Positions 26,439 to 34,897 of a stretch of 64,000 nt of DNA are shown here, piece by piece. Positions within the stretch are counted from its first letter, which is position 1; each line of letters begins with the position of its first letter. The notes beneath the pieces were generated by a model. It made no database searches. It was not told the DNA's origin and saw only the letters and a list, made by a program, of their open reading frames with translations. The translations under genes and the position numbers were made by a program. The DNA comes from an uncultured Candidatus Peregrinibacteria bacterium. GTDB lineage: Bacteria; Patescibacteriota; Gracilibacteria; Peribacterales; Peribacteraceae. The DNA lies in assembly GCA_903854335.1 (NCBI GenBank), contig CAINVY010000010.1:69060-133059 (forward strand), written 5' to 3'.

Positions 26439-27656
26439 CTACTGGCCCATACTTCGATAGACGCTCACCCAATCCGTACTGATCTCCCGCTGTGCCTCGG
26501 AAAGCGTCATGGAGCCGCTGCAGAGCTGTTGATGGAGATAATTTTCGACTTTGTCTTTCTCGTGAAAACCGGGAGAAGGTTCGGCGGCCTCGGGAAAGAG
26601 ATTCGCAATATCATTTGATCCGCCGAGTTCCAGACTGATGAAGTGATCGACTTCATACTCACCCGTGCTATGCGTCTGGATACCATATTCTGTATAGACT
26701 TGATTCTTCGTCGACTCGGAGACGGAACGCACACCGCTTGAATAGCCGGGAGTGCAGACCTCATCAGCAGTCACGCTGAATACCGCTCCCGGCGTGCAGG
26801 CATGATCGGGGTAGGAGCCGTTCACCAGACACCCGGACGTCTTCGTCCGGGGATCTGGCTGGAAGGAAAGATCATTCGAGGAAGAAAGAGGATTTCCATT
26901 GAGTGCGTTATACAACCACTGCGTGACCTTGCCGCGCGAGATCATCTCACCTGCATTGAACTCATCTGCGGTCACGATTTGCTGCTGCTCGGCGGTGCAG
27001 AGATACATGCCGTACCACTGGCTCTGGTCGCACTCGGATCCGGCGGAGACCTTGTCCGCCGCTACGAGGCTCACGACGATCATCTTCAATGCCTCTGCGT
27101 CATTGAGATTGTTCTCCGGATGAAACTGCCCGTCCGGGTACCCTTTCACCCATTGCTGGCTTGCCGCGTAGCAGACGTAAGACGTAAACCATCCCTCTGT
27201 GACGTCCGGAAAGCACCCGGCGGCTGTTGTCGGATCCATCTTGAGACCACCCTTCACGAGGATCTTCATCAACTCCGCGCGGTTGATGGAACTGTCGGGA
27301 CGAAAGGTTCCATCGCTATATCCTTGGATGATGCCCGTGTCCTTCGCCCAGCTGATTGCAGTGGCGTACGGGGAGGACGCGGCGACGTCGCTGAACGTCG
27401 TACTCGGGGTCGGCTCTACGGGCGACGGGGCCTCGCTTGATGAAGCAGAGGAAGCCTTCGGCACCTCGCAGGTGCAGCTGGGACTTTGGCTACCATCATT
27501 GCAAAGGAAGTAGCCGGTGTTCGGATTACAGCGGTCTACGCCGCCATGACGGGAACAGCAGCCAGCTTGTGCGTACGCGGACGATGCGAAGAGGAAGAAA
27601 AAGAAGCTGCTCCCGAAAACAATGAGCAGCCTCGAAAATGGGATCGGATGATCCAT
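26439..27656 (-). CDS. secreted SLH-domain protein with C-terminal HNH-type nuclease domain
   Basis: Signal peptide ending SSAYAQA. Cys-rich GCCSRHGGVDRCN...CNDGS. SLH-like repeats FSDVAASSPYATAISWAKDTGIIQGYSDGTFRP and FPDV...WVKGYPDGQFHP. C-terminal EVDHFISLELGGSNDIANLFPE. Confidence 0.7.
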   Translation of the reverse strand: MDHPIPFSRLLIVFGSSFFFFLFASSAYAQAGCCSRHGGVDRCNPNTGYFLCNDGSQSPSCTCEVPKASSASSSEAPSPVEPTPSTTFSDVAASSPYATAISWAKDTGIIQGYSDGTFRPDSSINRAELMKILVKGGLKMDPTTAAGCFPDVTEGWFTSYVCYAASQQWVKGYPDGQFHPENNLNDAEALKMIVVSLVAADKVSAGSECDQSQWYGMYLCTAEQQQIVTADEFNAGEMISRGKVTQWLYNALNGNPLSSSNDLSFQPDPRTKTSGCLVNGSYPDHACTPGAVFSVTADEVCTPGYSSGVRSVSESTKNQVYTEYGIQTHSTGEYEVDHFISLELGGSNDIANLFPEAAEPSPGFHEKDKVENYLHQQLCSGSMTLSEAQREISTDWVSVYRSMGQ

Positions 27657-27973
27657 AAGGAGGAAGGGAAGGTGGATAAGACCGACCCCGAGCATCCCAA
27701 AAGGGACAACCCCGGAGGCAGGCTACCCACATTCCCATGCCTGTCGGCACGTTCAGTGGCTGCGCAGGGTTGCCCCTTACGACACTGAAGTGCTAAAAAT
27801 GACAGGATTATGGGAATACTGAGAACATGGGTAGCGAGCCCAATTTAGCGTAGGCAGAGGCGAATGTGTAGTCGTCTTTGCGAATTCACCATCGACAAAA
27901 TGCAACTCTCTTTCGGTGAGGAAGCGTCTCGAAAATCGAAGGGAAATGAACTCGAAATTCTCATGTGGCAATC

Positions 27974-28648
27974 ATGTATCATTTCAATCCAATGCCGAGG
28001 AAACACAGCGGTGGCACTCTACGACCGAAAGTTATCATCTTCGATGTCGACGGCCTCCTGTTCAACACCGATGAATTGATGTTCATCGAACTGCAACGAG
28101 CACTTTCGGAGTCGGGTGTTTCCATTGATGAATCGTTTTTCGCGAATCATGACTATGATGATTGTGTCTATGCATTGGGCTTATCAAAAGAACGGCTCGA
28201 TGCGGTTCTGCAGAAAATTCGTACACGATACTACAGCGATGAAATTCTCCCGCATGTTCGCATGAGACATGGTGTTTCAGAAACACTGAAGTGTCTCTCT
28301 TCATCCTTCCCGATGGCGATAGGTTCGGGGGAAGCAGAAGAGCAAATTGTCCGCTATCTCCGCCATTTTTCCATTGAAGATTATTTCTCCTTCATCGGAC
28401 ACGGGAAGACGGTGCCTAGAAGAAAGGACAATCCTGAATACTTCTTCACGATTGCGAAGCATTTCGGAGTATCGCCGGAAGAATGTCTCCATGTGGGTGA
28501 TTCTCTTTACGACCAGCAAGCATTGAAAGCAGGTGTGCCCGTTGTCATCATTCCTACAAAATTTTCGCGGCACTGCGCATTTGATCCACGATGCCAAATA
28601 CTTGAATCCATCGAAGAGCTGCCGAGCATACTATTGCCCAACAGATAG
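27974..28648 (+). CDS. HAD-superfamily hydrolase (subfamily IA-like)
   Basis: Motif I VIIFDVDGLLFNTD and motif IV-like VGDSLYDQQALKAG. Visibly A+T-richer than its neighbours. ATG 27974; the track start at 27965 is GTG. Confidence 0.75.
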   Translation: MYHFNPMPRKHSGGTLRPKVIIFDVDGLLFNTDELMFIELQRALSESGVSIDESFFANHDYDDCVYALGLSKERLDAVLQKIRTRYYSDEILPHVRMRHGVSETLKCLSSSFPMAIGSGEAEEQIVRYLRHFSIEDYFSFIGHGKTVPRRKDNPEYFFTIAKHFGVSPEECLHVGDSLYDQQALKAGVPVVIIPTKFSRHCAFDPRCQILESIEELPSILLPNR

Positions 28649-28802
28649 ACTTACCATCCGCATCCTGCGGGCTGCAATGAGCGCCTCACAGGGGGCATGC
28701 GGATCTCCGAGAAACTCCCGCCCGTGTGGGGAGCGCAAAACTGTCCATAGTGAACATTGAGTTTTTGGCTAACCCTAGCGGTCTTTTGACCATAGCCAGT
28801 AG

Positions 28803-28877
28803 TGGCAGCCCCACGGGGAATTGAACCCCGGTTTTCAGGATGAGAACCTGATGTCCTAGCCACTAGACGATGGGGCC
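28803..28877 (-). tRNA. tRNA-Glu: tRNA-Glu (anticodon CUC), CCA encoded
   Basis: The reverse complement GGCCCCATCGTCTAGTGGCTAGGACATCAGGTTCTCATCCTGAAAACCGGGGTTCAATTCCCCGTGGGGCTGCCA folds as a 75-nt cloverleaf. Acceptor 7 bp, D stem 4 bp, anticodon stem TCAGG/CCTGA with loop TTCTCAT, T arm CGGGG-TTCAATT-CCCCG. Confidence 0.9.
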
Positions 28878-28991
28878 GAAGATCTTGAAAGAGCGCGCGC
28901 GAGCACGGGAAAGTATACGGAAATTCGCACGGGCAACAAATGCAATTCTCATCCAAAGCCATTCCCCAAACAACAACAGCAATAAACAATC

Positions 28992-29088
28992 CGCGGCGAA
29001 GCGCGGGTCTCGTGGGCCCCGCGCTGAAGCCGCACCTCATAGGGAAAAGAGAGCCCATGAGAGAAAAACCGTAGGTTTGTCTCTCATG
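28992..29088 (-). repeat. 97-nt hairpin-rich repeat, copy 2 (starts 2 nt after the rlmH stop codon)
   Basis: Inverted copy of 9696..9792 (86/97 identical). It has the same orientation relative to its upstream gene as copy 1. Confidence 0.85.
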
Positions 29089-29089
29089 C

Positions 29090-29554
29090 TTAATGGTGAT
29101 ACCCGCTCCCCTTCATGATCTGCAGCGCCCGATAGAGCTGCTCGAAGAAGACGACGCGACAGAGTTCGTGGGGAAACGTCATGTCCGAGAGACGAATCGT
29201 TTTCTTCGCAGCCTTCTTCACGGTGTCATCCACCCCATACGCACCGCCGATCACGAATTCCGCCGTCTCACCCCTGTCGAAAAGCTGCTCGAGAAATTTC
29301 GCAAATTCCTGCGACGTCATCGACGTGCCAAGCTCATCGAATAGGATCGTATCTCCCTTGTGCTTCGCCATAGCGGAGAGAAGGTGAAGCGACTCCTCCT
29401 TGCTTTGCCGCGCGGCATCCTTCTCCCTGCTCGCATCGAGCTCGTGCACATCCAAAGAAATGAGCGGCTTCAGACGCTCGACGTACTGACGGCACCCATC
29501 CGCAATCCACGGAGAGGAAAGACGACCGACGCAGAGCAATGTGACACGGCGCAT
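29090..29554 (-). CDS. rlmH: 23S rRNA (pseudouridine1915-N3)-methyltransferase RlmH
   Basis: 154 aa SPOUT-family protein: VTLLCVGRL...YVERL, FDELGTSMTSQEFAKFL, FVIGGAYGV, LSDMTFPHELCRVVFFEQLYRA. Confidence 0.9.
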   Translation of the reverse strand: MRRVTLLCVGRLSSPWIADGCRQYVERLKPLISLDVHELDASREKDAARQSKEESLHLLSAMAKHKGDTILFDELGTSMTSQEFAKFLEQLFDRGETAEFVIGGAYGVDDTVKKAAKKTIRLSDMTFPHELCRVVFFEQLYRALQIMKGSGYHH

Positions 29555-29601
29555 GCACGCATCTTACCCTCATCCCGCATCCGCGATCTCGCAAATTTTT
29601 G

Positions 29602-30198
29602 CTATTTCTCCAACCTGATGCTGCGCGCCATCTCTTCGAACGCGCTGAGGAATTCCTTCTTCTCGAGACCGAATTGGATCACGTGCGAGGCGTCCGCATA
29701 GCAGTAGACAATGGGAAGCGACTCCTTGATCTCCACACCGGGGAGCTGACGCTGCTGCCATGTTGTCTCGTAGCAAGTGCCTCCAGCGGTCGAAGAAACA
29801 GGCTTGATCGACTGAAGCGCGATAAAACTTTCGATCATTTTCGTCCCGATGACCTTCACGTACTCGGAGAAGAGCGTGCCCTTGCTATCGAACGATGAAC
29901 GCACGATAGGCGTATCGGCTGACGGGTAATCGAGCAAGGAAATCATCATGACTTCGTTCGCCGGATCCGATGGCGTTGAGACAGGCCGAAAGCCCGCACC
30001 GTCTTTGGTCGTCGGATATTCGCGCACGGCCAAGGAAGAAGAGTAATCGATCGAAAACTTTCCCGTATCGTTTCGATAGGTCTCCCCCGCCTTTGAAGAC
30101 GATGCGGAAGCGCAAGATACGAGGAGGATACCGAGTGGCAGGAGAACGAGGAGAAGAAGCACGAGCGTATGCGACTCCTTATGTTTTCGAAGAATCAC
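29602..30198 (-). CDS. lipoprotein (hypothetical)
   Basis: Lipobox LGILLVSC after a hydrophobic N-terminus. GTG start. No family recognised. Confidence 0.5.
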   Translation of the reverse strand: MILRKHKESHTLVLLLLVLLPLGILLVSCASASSSKAGETYRNDTGKFSIDYSSSLAVREYPTTKDGAGFRPVSTPSDPANEVMMISLLDYPSADTPIVRSSFDSKGTLFSEYVKVIGTKMIESFIALQSIKPVSSTAGGTCYETTWQQRQLPGVEIKESLPIVYCYADASHVIQFGLEKKEFLSAFEEMARSIRLEK

Positions 30199-30289
30199 GG
30201 AAGAAAAGAGAAAGACGGGCTTCAGGATAGCACTATTGTCCAGAATGGAATGTCATTCTTTCTCAAAGCGGAAAATATATTTCTTTCGT

Positions 30290-30725
30290 GGGGGGTGAGG
30301 GAACCTTGTTCGGTTCCCTACACCCCCCACACCCCCGTTACCCTCCTAACGGTAACAATCTTTGGAACTATCAGAGTTGGAAGTGGGATATCCAGTGGGA
30401 ACCATGGAATTTTGTTGTTTGTTGCGCTGCGGCGCGAAACAAAAAACAAACACCCATCGGTCGGAGCCGCGCGCCAGGGGGGTGGTGGGGGAGGCCCTGT
30501 GTCGCGCAAGCGACACGTCGCCGACAAGCGGCAGCGAAACCTTGGAGCTGCCGCGAGGAAGGCGCAGAGCCGAGCGGAGGAGCGTTGGCGCGCGGAGCGC
30601 TTTCTTCGTCCTTCTTTCTCGCCTTGAGAAAGAAGGACAAACGATATTCTTGCCCTGACAAAGAAACAGAAGCCCCTGAGAAAAAAGGACAATCATTATT
30701 TTTGCCCTCAGAAAGAAGATCAAAA
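30290..30725. repeat. composite hairpin/repeat locus (mosaic related to 11997-12416, 49957-50212 and 56486-56628)
   Basis: Long hairpin 30290-30328 (ggggggtgagggaacc / ggttccctacacccccc). Module 30519-30592 is an inverted homolog of 12063-12135. Perfect 12-bp-stem hairpin gtccttctttct-cgccttg-agaaagaaggac at 30608-30638. ttgccctga(c/g)...aaagaa motifs are shared with the other loci. Confidence 0.8.
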
Positions 30726-30777
30726 AAAACGAGTTTGCCTCCCCTCGAATAGAAGTCGATATACAAACCTCACCAAG

Positions 30778-32226
30778 TTATTTTCTCTGCAACAGCGCCA
30801 CCGTCTCTATATGCGACGTGTGCGGGAAGAGATCTACCGGCTGCACGGTGCGCAGCTCGTACCCCGCCTTCAGGAATTCGCCAAGATCGCGCGCGAAGGT
30901 CGCCGTGTTGCACGAAACGTAGACGACTTTCGAAGCCTTGTGATCGATGATCGCCTCCCGCGCCGCGGGATGGAGGCCCGGCCGGGGAGGATCGACGACG
31001 ATGGTATCGAATGCGTACTTGCCTCCGGCCTTCAGCTGCTGATGAAGCACCTGCTCCGCCTTCCCCTTGTAGAAACTGATATTGCCGATGCGATTCTTGC
31101 CCGCGCTGCGCAGCGCATCTTCGATGGCGGAGGGATTGCTCTCGACACCGACAACCTTCTGGCAGAAGCGCGCCAGGTACTGGCCGATCGTGCCCATACC
31201 GCAGTAGGCATCGAGCACAGTATCGCGCATCGTGAGGTCCGCGGCTTCCGCAATCGCACGGTAGAGCTTTTCCGCTCCAAACGTATTCGTCTGGAAGAAA
31301 GAGAACGGCGAGATCTCAAAGGAAAGATCGAAAAGCCGCTCGGTGATCGTCGGCTTTCCGTAGAGACAATGCACCTTCGGAAACTCCGGTTTGTCATTAG
31401 CCCCCATGTGTTCCACAACGAGCAGCGACGCCAGGTGCGATCGCCCGCCGAAGAATCGAATAAACGTTTGGAAGAGAGGCTCGAGTTCTTTTTTGCGCGC
31501 CTGCACAAGGAAACAAATCATCTGTTCACCGGTGTGCACGCCGCGCCGAAGCAAGAGCGTGCGCAACATGCCTTTCTGCGTCTTGGGATTGAACACCGGA
31601 AGCTTCGTCTCCTGCATGAACGTACGCACTTGTCCGAGGAGCATCCCGACCTGTTCATCGTAGAGGTGGCACTCGGTCACGGGCGTCACCGTCGACCACT
31701 GGCCGGGCTTGTGAAAACCGATCGTCGGATTTTCATCGATGAAGACGCGCTTTCCTCCCTTGTCCTCCGAGCGCATCTCCTCGTACCCGAAACTGAACTC
31801 CATCTTGTTGCGATAGTGAAACACCTGCGGACTCGGAATGATATTGAGGACGCGCCCGGGAAGATTCTTCCTATCCGCCTCGTCGATAGGCGTGAGGTGG
31901 GACAGCGTCTCACGCACGATGTCTTCCTTATAAGAGATCTGTTTGTCGTAGGGAAGGTTCTGCCACACGCATCCGCCGCAGTCGTGGAAGTGCGGACAAC
32001 GAGGGAGGACTTCGTCCTTGGCCTTGCGCACAACCGAACGAACCTTGGCCTCCGCGAAGGAATCCTTGCGCTTGGTAATCACAATTTCGACCACCTGGCC
32101 GGGAATGGCATCGGTGACGAAGATCGGGAGGCCGTCGATGTGCGTGAGGCCCGCACCGCCGAACGTCACTTTCTCAATAGTGACGCTATGCGACTGTCCT
32201 GGCACAACCTGTGAGGGTATTGACAT
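30778..32226 (-). CDS. 23S rRNA (uracil-5)-methyltransferase, RlmD/RumA family (TRAM + SAM-MTase)
   Basis: N-terminal TRAM-like domain. Fe-S Cys cluster CPHFHDCGGCVWQNL. SAM-binding LDAYCGMGTIG. C-terminal VYVSCNTATFARD. Confidence 0.85.
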   Translation of the reverse strand: MSIPSQVVPGQSHSVTIEKVTFGGAGLTHIDGLPIFVTDAIPGQVVEIVITKRKDSFAEAKVRSVVRKAKDEVLPRCPHFHDCGGCVWQNLPYDKQISYKEDIVRETLSHLTPIDEADRKNLPGRVLNIIPSPQVFHYRNKMEFSFGYEEMRSEDKGGKRVFIDENPTIGFHKPGQWSTVTPVTECHLYDEQVGMLLGQVRTFMQETKLPVFNPKTQKGMLRTLLLRRGVHTGEQMICFLVQARKKELEPLFQTFIRFFGGRSHLASLLVVEHMGANDKPEFPKVHCLYGKPTITERLFDLSFEISPFSFFQTNTFGAEKLYRAIAEAADLTMRDTVLDAYCGMGTIGQYLARFCQKVVGVESNPSAIEDALRSAGKNRIGNISFYKGKAEQVLHQQLKAGGKYAFDTIVVDPPRPGLHPAAREAIIDHKASKVVYVSCNTATFARDLGEFLKAGYELRTVQPVDLFPHTSHIETVALLQRK

Positions 32227-32266
32227 CTAATAATAAATAGTATATAAATTATTACTTTCTTTCCTC

Positions 32267-33070
32267 ATGAATACGAAATCCTTCCTCTCCGGCGCCATCT
32301 GTGCATTCCTTTCTATGACGCTCCTCCTACCGGTGAGCGTAGCACAGGGCCCCTATTCCGCAAGCGGAAGTATCGTTTCTATCATACGAAACGCAACGGA
32401 TCCTCCCCTCTCTACGTTGGTCGCGAGAGAGAATGACATCCAGCCTAATCAGCGCATGATGATCGAACAGATTTTGTCGCTCCTCCCCGCCGGTTGCGAG
32501 GGAAACATCCGAAACTTCTACGTTCGCTACGACAATCCCACCGACCGCGGCCTGGCGGGCAAGGACACGGTGATCGTGAGCGGGAACGTCCCCGATAACG
32601 AATTCCGCGCGCTCCTCGTCCACGAAATCCTCGGACACGTCACTGATCTCGGCTGCCTCCAGGGAACATCCAAAAATGGTCGCAGTGTATTCACGGACGG
32701 GAAAGAGCCGATCTGGAACAACGATCCGAGCACCCTCTTCTATGGAATCTCCTGGTCCTCTTCCACGCAGCGAAAATCCGATGCGAGATCCCAGGACTTC
32801 GTCTCCGGGTACGCCTACACCGCCGACCCCTTCGAAGATATGGCCGAGAGCACGACCTTCTTCCTGCTCCACCGCGACGCATTCCAGAAGATGACGAAAA
32901 CAAATCCCATCCTGGCGCAGAAATTTCAATGGATTCAAACCTACGTCTTTCCTACGACGCCTTCCTACGCCCGCAGCACCTACGTCTGGCATGCGGATTC
33001 CATTCCCTGGGACACAACGAAACTTTCGTACAAGTGGATCGCTCCAGCGAAGGTCGCACTGGCCCGGTGA
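32267..33070 (+). CDS. secreted protein with HExxH motif (putative zinc metallopeptidase-like)
   Basis: Signal-like N-terminus. LLVHEILGHVTD plus a downstream acidic DPFEDMAES. Family not recognised. Confidence 0.4.
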   Translation: MNTKSFLSGAICAFLSMTLLLPVSVAQGPYSASGSIVSIIRNATDPPLSTLVARENDIQPNQRMMIEQILSLLPAGCEGNIRNFYVRYDNPTDRGLAGKDTVIVSGNVPDNEFRALLVHEILGHVTDLGCLQGTSKNGRSVFTDGKEPIWNNDPSTLFYGISWSSSTQRKSDARSQDFVSGYAYTADPFEDMAESTTFFLLHRDAFQKMTKTNPILAQKFQWIQTYVFPTTPSYARSTYVWHADSIPWDTTKLSYKWIAPAKVALAR

Positions 33071-33091
33071 AATACGTGATATTCTACGATC

Positions 33092-33883
33092 ATGGCACGC
33101 CATCGACTCCTCATCGTTCTGTGGCTCTGCAGTGATGCACTGCTCTTCATCGTGAGCTTCATCCTCGCGTACTTCGTACGTGTCGGATGGATCTTCTCCA
33201 CAAATTTTCCCTTCGCCGCATTTCTGGCTGTGGTGATAGGCACCACCCCGCTCTGGCTCCTGATTCTCATGTTTCAACGAACGTTTCGGCTGACGGACAC
33301 GCAGGCTGACACGAAACATTTCCTCTCCCTCCTCTGGTCGAACATCGTCGGCGTCGCGCTCTTCGCTCTCGCGTACTTCTTCGTCTATGACCTCTTCTTC
33401 AGCCGACTCCTGCTCGTCGAAGCATTTCTCTTTTCCACCGTCATCCTCTGGTTTTGGCACATGTTCTTCACGGCCCTTGCCCGCCGCTCCCTCTGGAGAG
33501 ATCCACCGGCCTTCCCGACCTTGATCATCGGCGCAACGAGAGAAGCTGCCAAACTCATCGAAACGCTGCAAAGGAAGAAGAACCCGCTTAGACCCGTGGC
33601 GATTCTCGATGGAAGGGGGACGACGCTCAAGGCGCTGCACGGCGTCCCGATTATCGGAAAGCTCGACAAGCTGGAGGAAACGCTCGACCGCCACCACATC
33701 TCTCACCTCATTCAGTGCAGCGACATCGAACAGTCCCTCAATCTCCTCTCTGTTTGTCGCAATCGCTCTCTGACCTATCTCCTTCTTCCATCGGTTCTCG
33801 GCATCGTGGAGAGAGACGAGCAAGTGGAATCGCTCGAAAACGTCGCCGTTATGGTCGTGAGACCGCAAGGTTTGCCGACCTAA
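33092..33883 (+). CDS. N-terminal (membrane + CoA-binding-like) portion of a polyprenyl glycosylphosphotransferase; catalytic domain absent
   Basis: Four TM helices, then TLIIGATREAAKLIETL...PVAILDGRG...GVPIIGKLDKLEE, as in WcaJ/WbaP-type priming transferases. The ORF stops before the sugar-transferase domain, and the next gene starts 10 nt later. Confidence 0.55.
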   Translation: MARHRLLIVLWLCSDALLFIVSFILAYFVRVGWIFSTNFPFAAFLAVVIGTTPLWLLILMFQRTFRLTDTQADTKHFLSLLWSNIVGVALFALAYFFVYDLFFSRLLLVEAFLFSTVILWFWHMFFTALARRSLWRDPPAFPTLIIGATREAAKLIETLQRKKNPLRPVAILDGRGTTLKALHGVPIIGKLDKLEETLDRHHISHLIQCSDIEQSLNLLSVCRNRSLTYLLLPSVLGIVERDEQVESLENVAVMVVRPQGLPT

Positions 33884-33892
33884 CCTTCTCTT

Positions 33893-34849
33893 ATGCAAAC
33901 ATTCATCCTTGCCGGAGGCTTCGCGACGCGGCTGTGGCCGCTCACCGAGAAACGCGCGAAGCCGCTGCTCCCGCTCGCGGGACGACCGATCGTCGAGCAC
34001 TTGATCACGGCACTCCCCACGGAGTTTCCGGTGACGATCAGTACCAACGCCGCGTTCGCGCAGGGGTTTCAATCCTGGATCGCACAACTGCAGCGGCCCG
34101 TTTCCCTCGTCGTGGAGGAGAGCAAATCGGATCGGCAGAAGACGGGGGCACTCGGCGCACTCGCGGAATGGATCACAAAGGAACAGATCACCGAAGACAT
34201 TCTCCTCCTCACCGGAGACAACTATCTCGGATTTTCGATGAAGGACTTCCTCTCCGCCTACCGCACGGGCATCCCGCTCCTCGCGGCGCATGATTTGAAG
34301 AATCTCTCGAAAGCATCCCTATTTGGAACCGTGATCACCGATCCGGCGGACGCAGCGCTCGTGAAAGGATTTGAGGAGAAGCCGATCAATCCGCAGACGA
34401 CGCTCGTCTCCACAGGATGCTCCGTCATCCCGAAAGAAACGATTCCCGTCCTGCTGCAGTTCGCGGCGTCGCATCCCGACAACATCGGCGGCATCTTCGA
34501 GGAATTTCTGCGGAAGGGTATCCCCGTGCGCTGCTTCACCTTCACCGAACCCTGGCTCGATATCGGCTCCTTCGATTCCTACCTCGCCGCGCATCGCCTC
34601 CTCGTGGGAGAGAAGACTCTCGTAGCCGACGGATCCCACGTCATCGACTCCGTCTGCCAGGGCAGTGTCGCTATCGGGAAGGGAAGTAGGATCGAGAAGA
34701 GCGAGATCAGCGACTGCATTATCTTCGACGACTGCGAAATCACGGACTGCAATCTGAGCGACTGCGTCATCGATAATCATTGCCGCCTCACGGGTGTCGA
34801 CCTGACGGGGAAAATGCTGCGGGAGGGCACGGTTCTGCGCTTGACGTAG
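33893..34849 (+). CDS. sugar-phosphate nucleotidyltransferase with C-terminal left-handed beta-helix
   Basis: FILAGGFATRLWPLTEKRAKPLLPLAGRPIVEH signature. Hexapeptide-repeat-like C-terminus IEKSEISDCIIFDDCEITDCNLSDCVID. Confidence 0.8.
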   Translation: MQTFILAGGFATRLWPLTEKRAKPLLPLAGRPIVEHLITALPTEFPVTISTNAAFAQGFQSWIAQLQRPVSLVVEESKSDRQKTGALGALAEWITKEQITEDILLLTGDNYLGFSMKDFLSAYRTGIPLLAAHDLKNLSKASLFGTVITDPADAALVKGFEEKPINPQTTLVSTGCSVIPKETIPVLLQFAASHPDNIGGIFEEFLRKGIPVRCFTFTEPWLDIGSFDSYLAAHRLLVGEKTLVADGSHVIDSVCQGSVAIGKGSRIEKSEISDCIIFDDCEITDCNLSDCVIDNHCRLTGVDLTGKMLREGTVLRLT

Positions 34850-34897
34850 ATCGAACATGCGTTTGCACTGCTCCCAGTTTGCCCCTAGACTCGGCGG

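Noticed and set aside
28878-28935. Promoter for tRNA-Glu (TTGCCC ... TATACT on the minus strand)
   Set aside because: The spacer between the two hexamers is only about 13 nt by my count, outside the usual 16-18 nt. It is too weak to report as a feature.
30811-32214. 467-aa plus-strand ORF. Similar long antisense ORFs occur at 59984-61486, 7184-8404, 13959-14852, 14988-15935, 37012-37983, 43300-44478, 44628-45557 and 47174-47827.
   Set aside because: Each lies opposite a gene with strong homology-type motifs and has the R/H/E/D-biased composition of non-coding frames in high-GC sequence.
32327-34291. 654-aa minus-strand ORF
   Set aside because: It runs antisense across three well-supported plus-strand genes (32267-33070, 33092-33883, 33893-34849). 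It is extremely R/E/D-rich and has no domain signatures.
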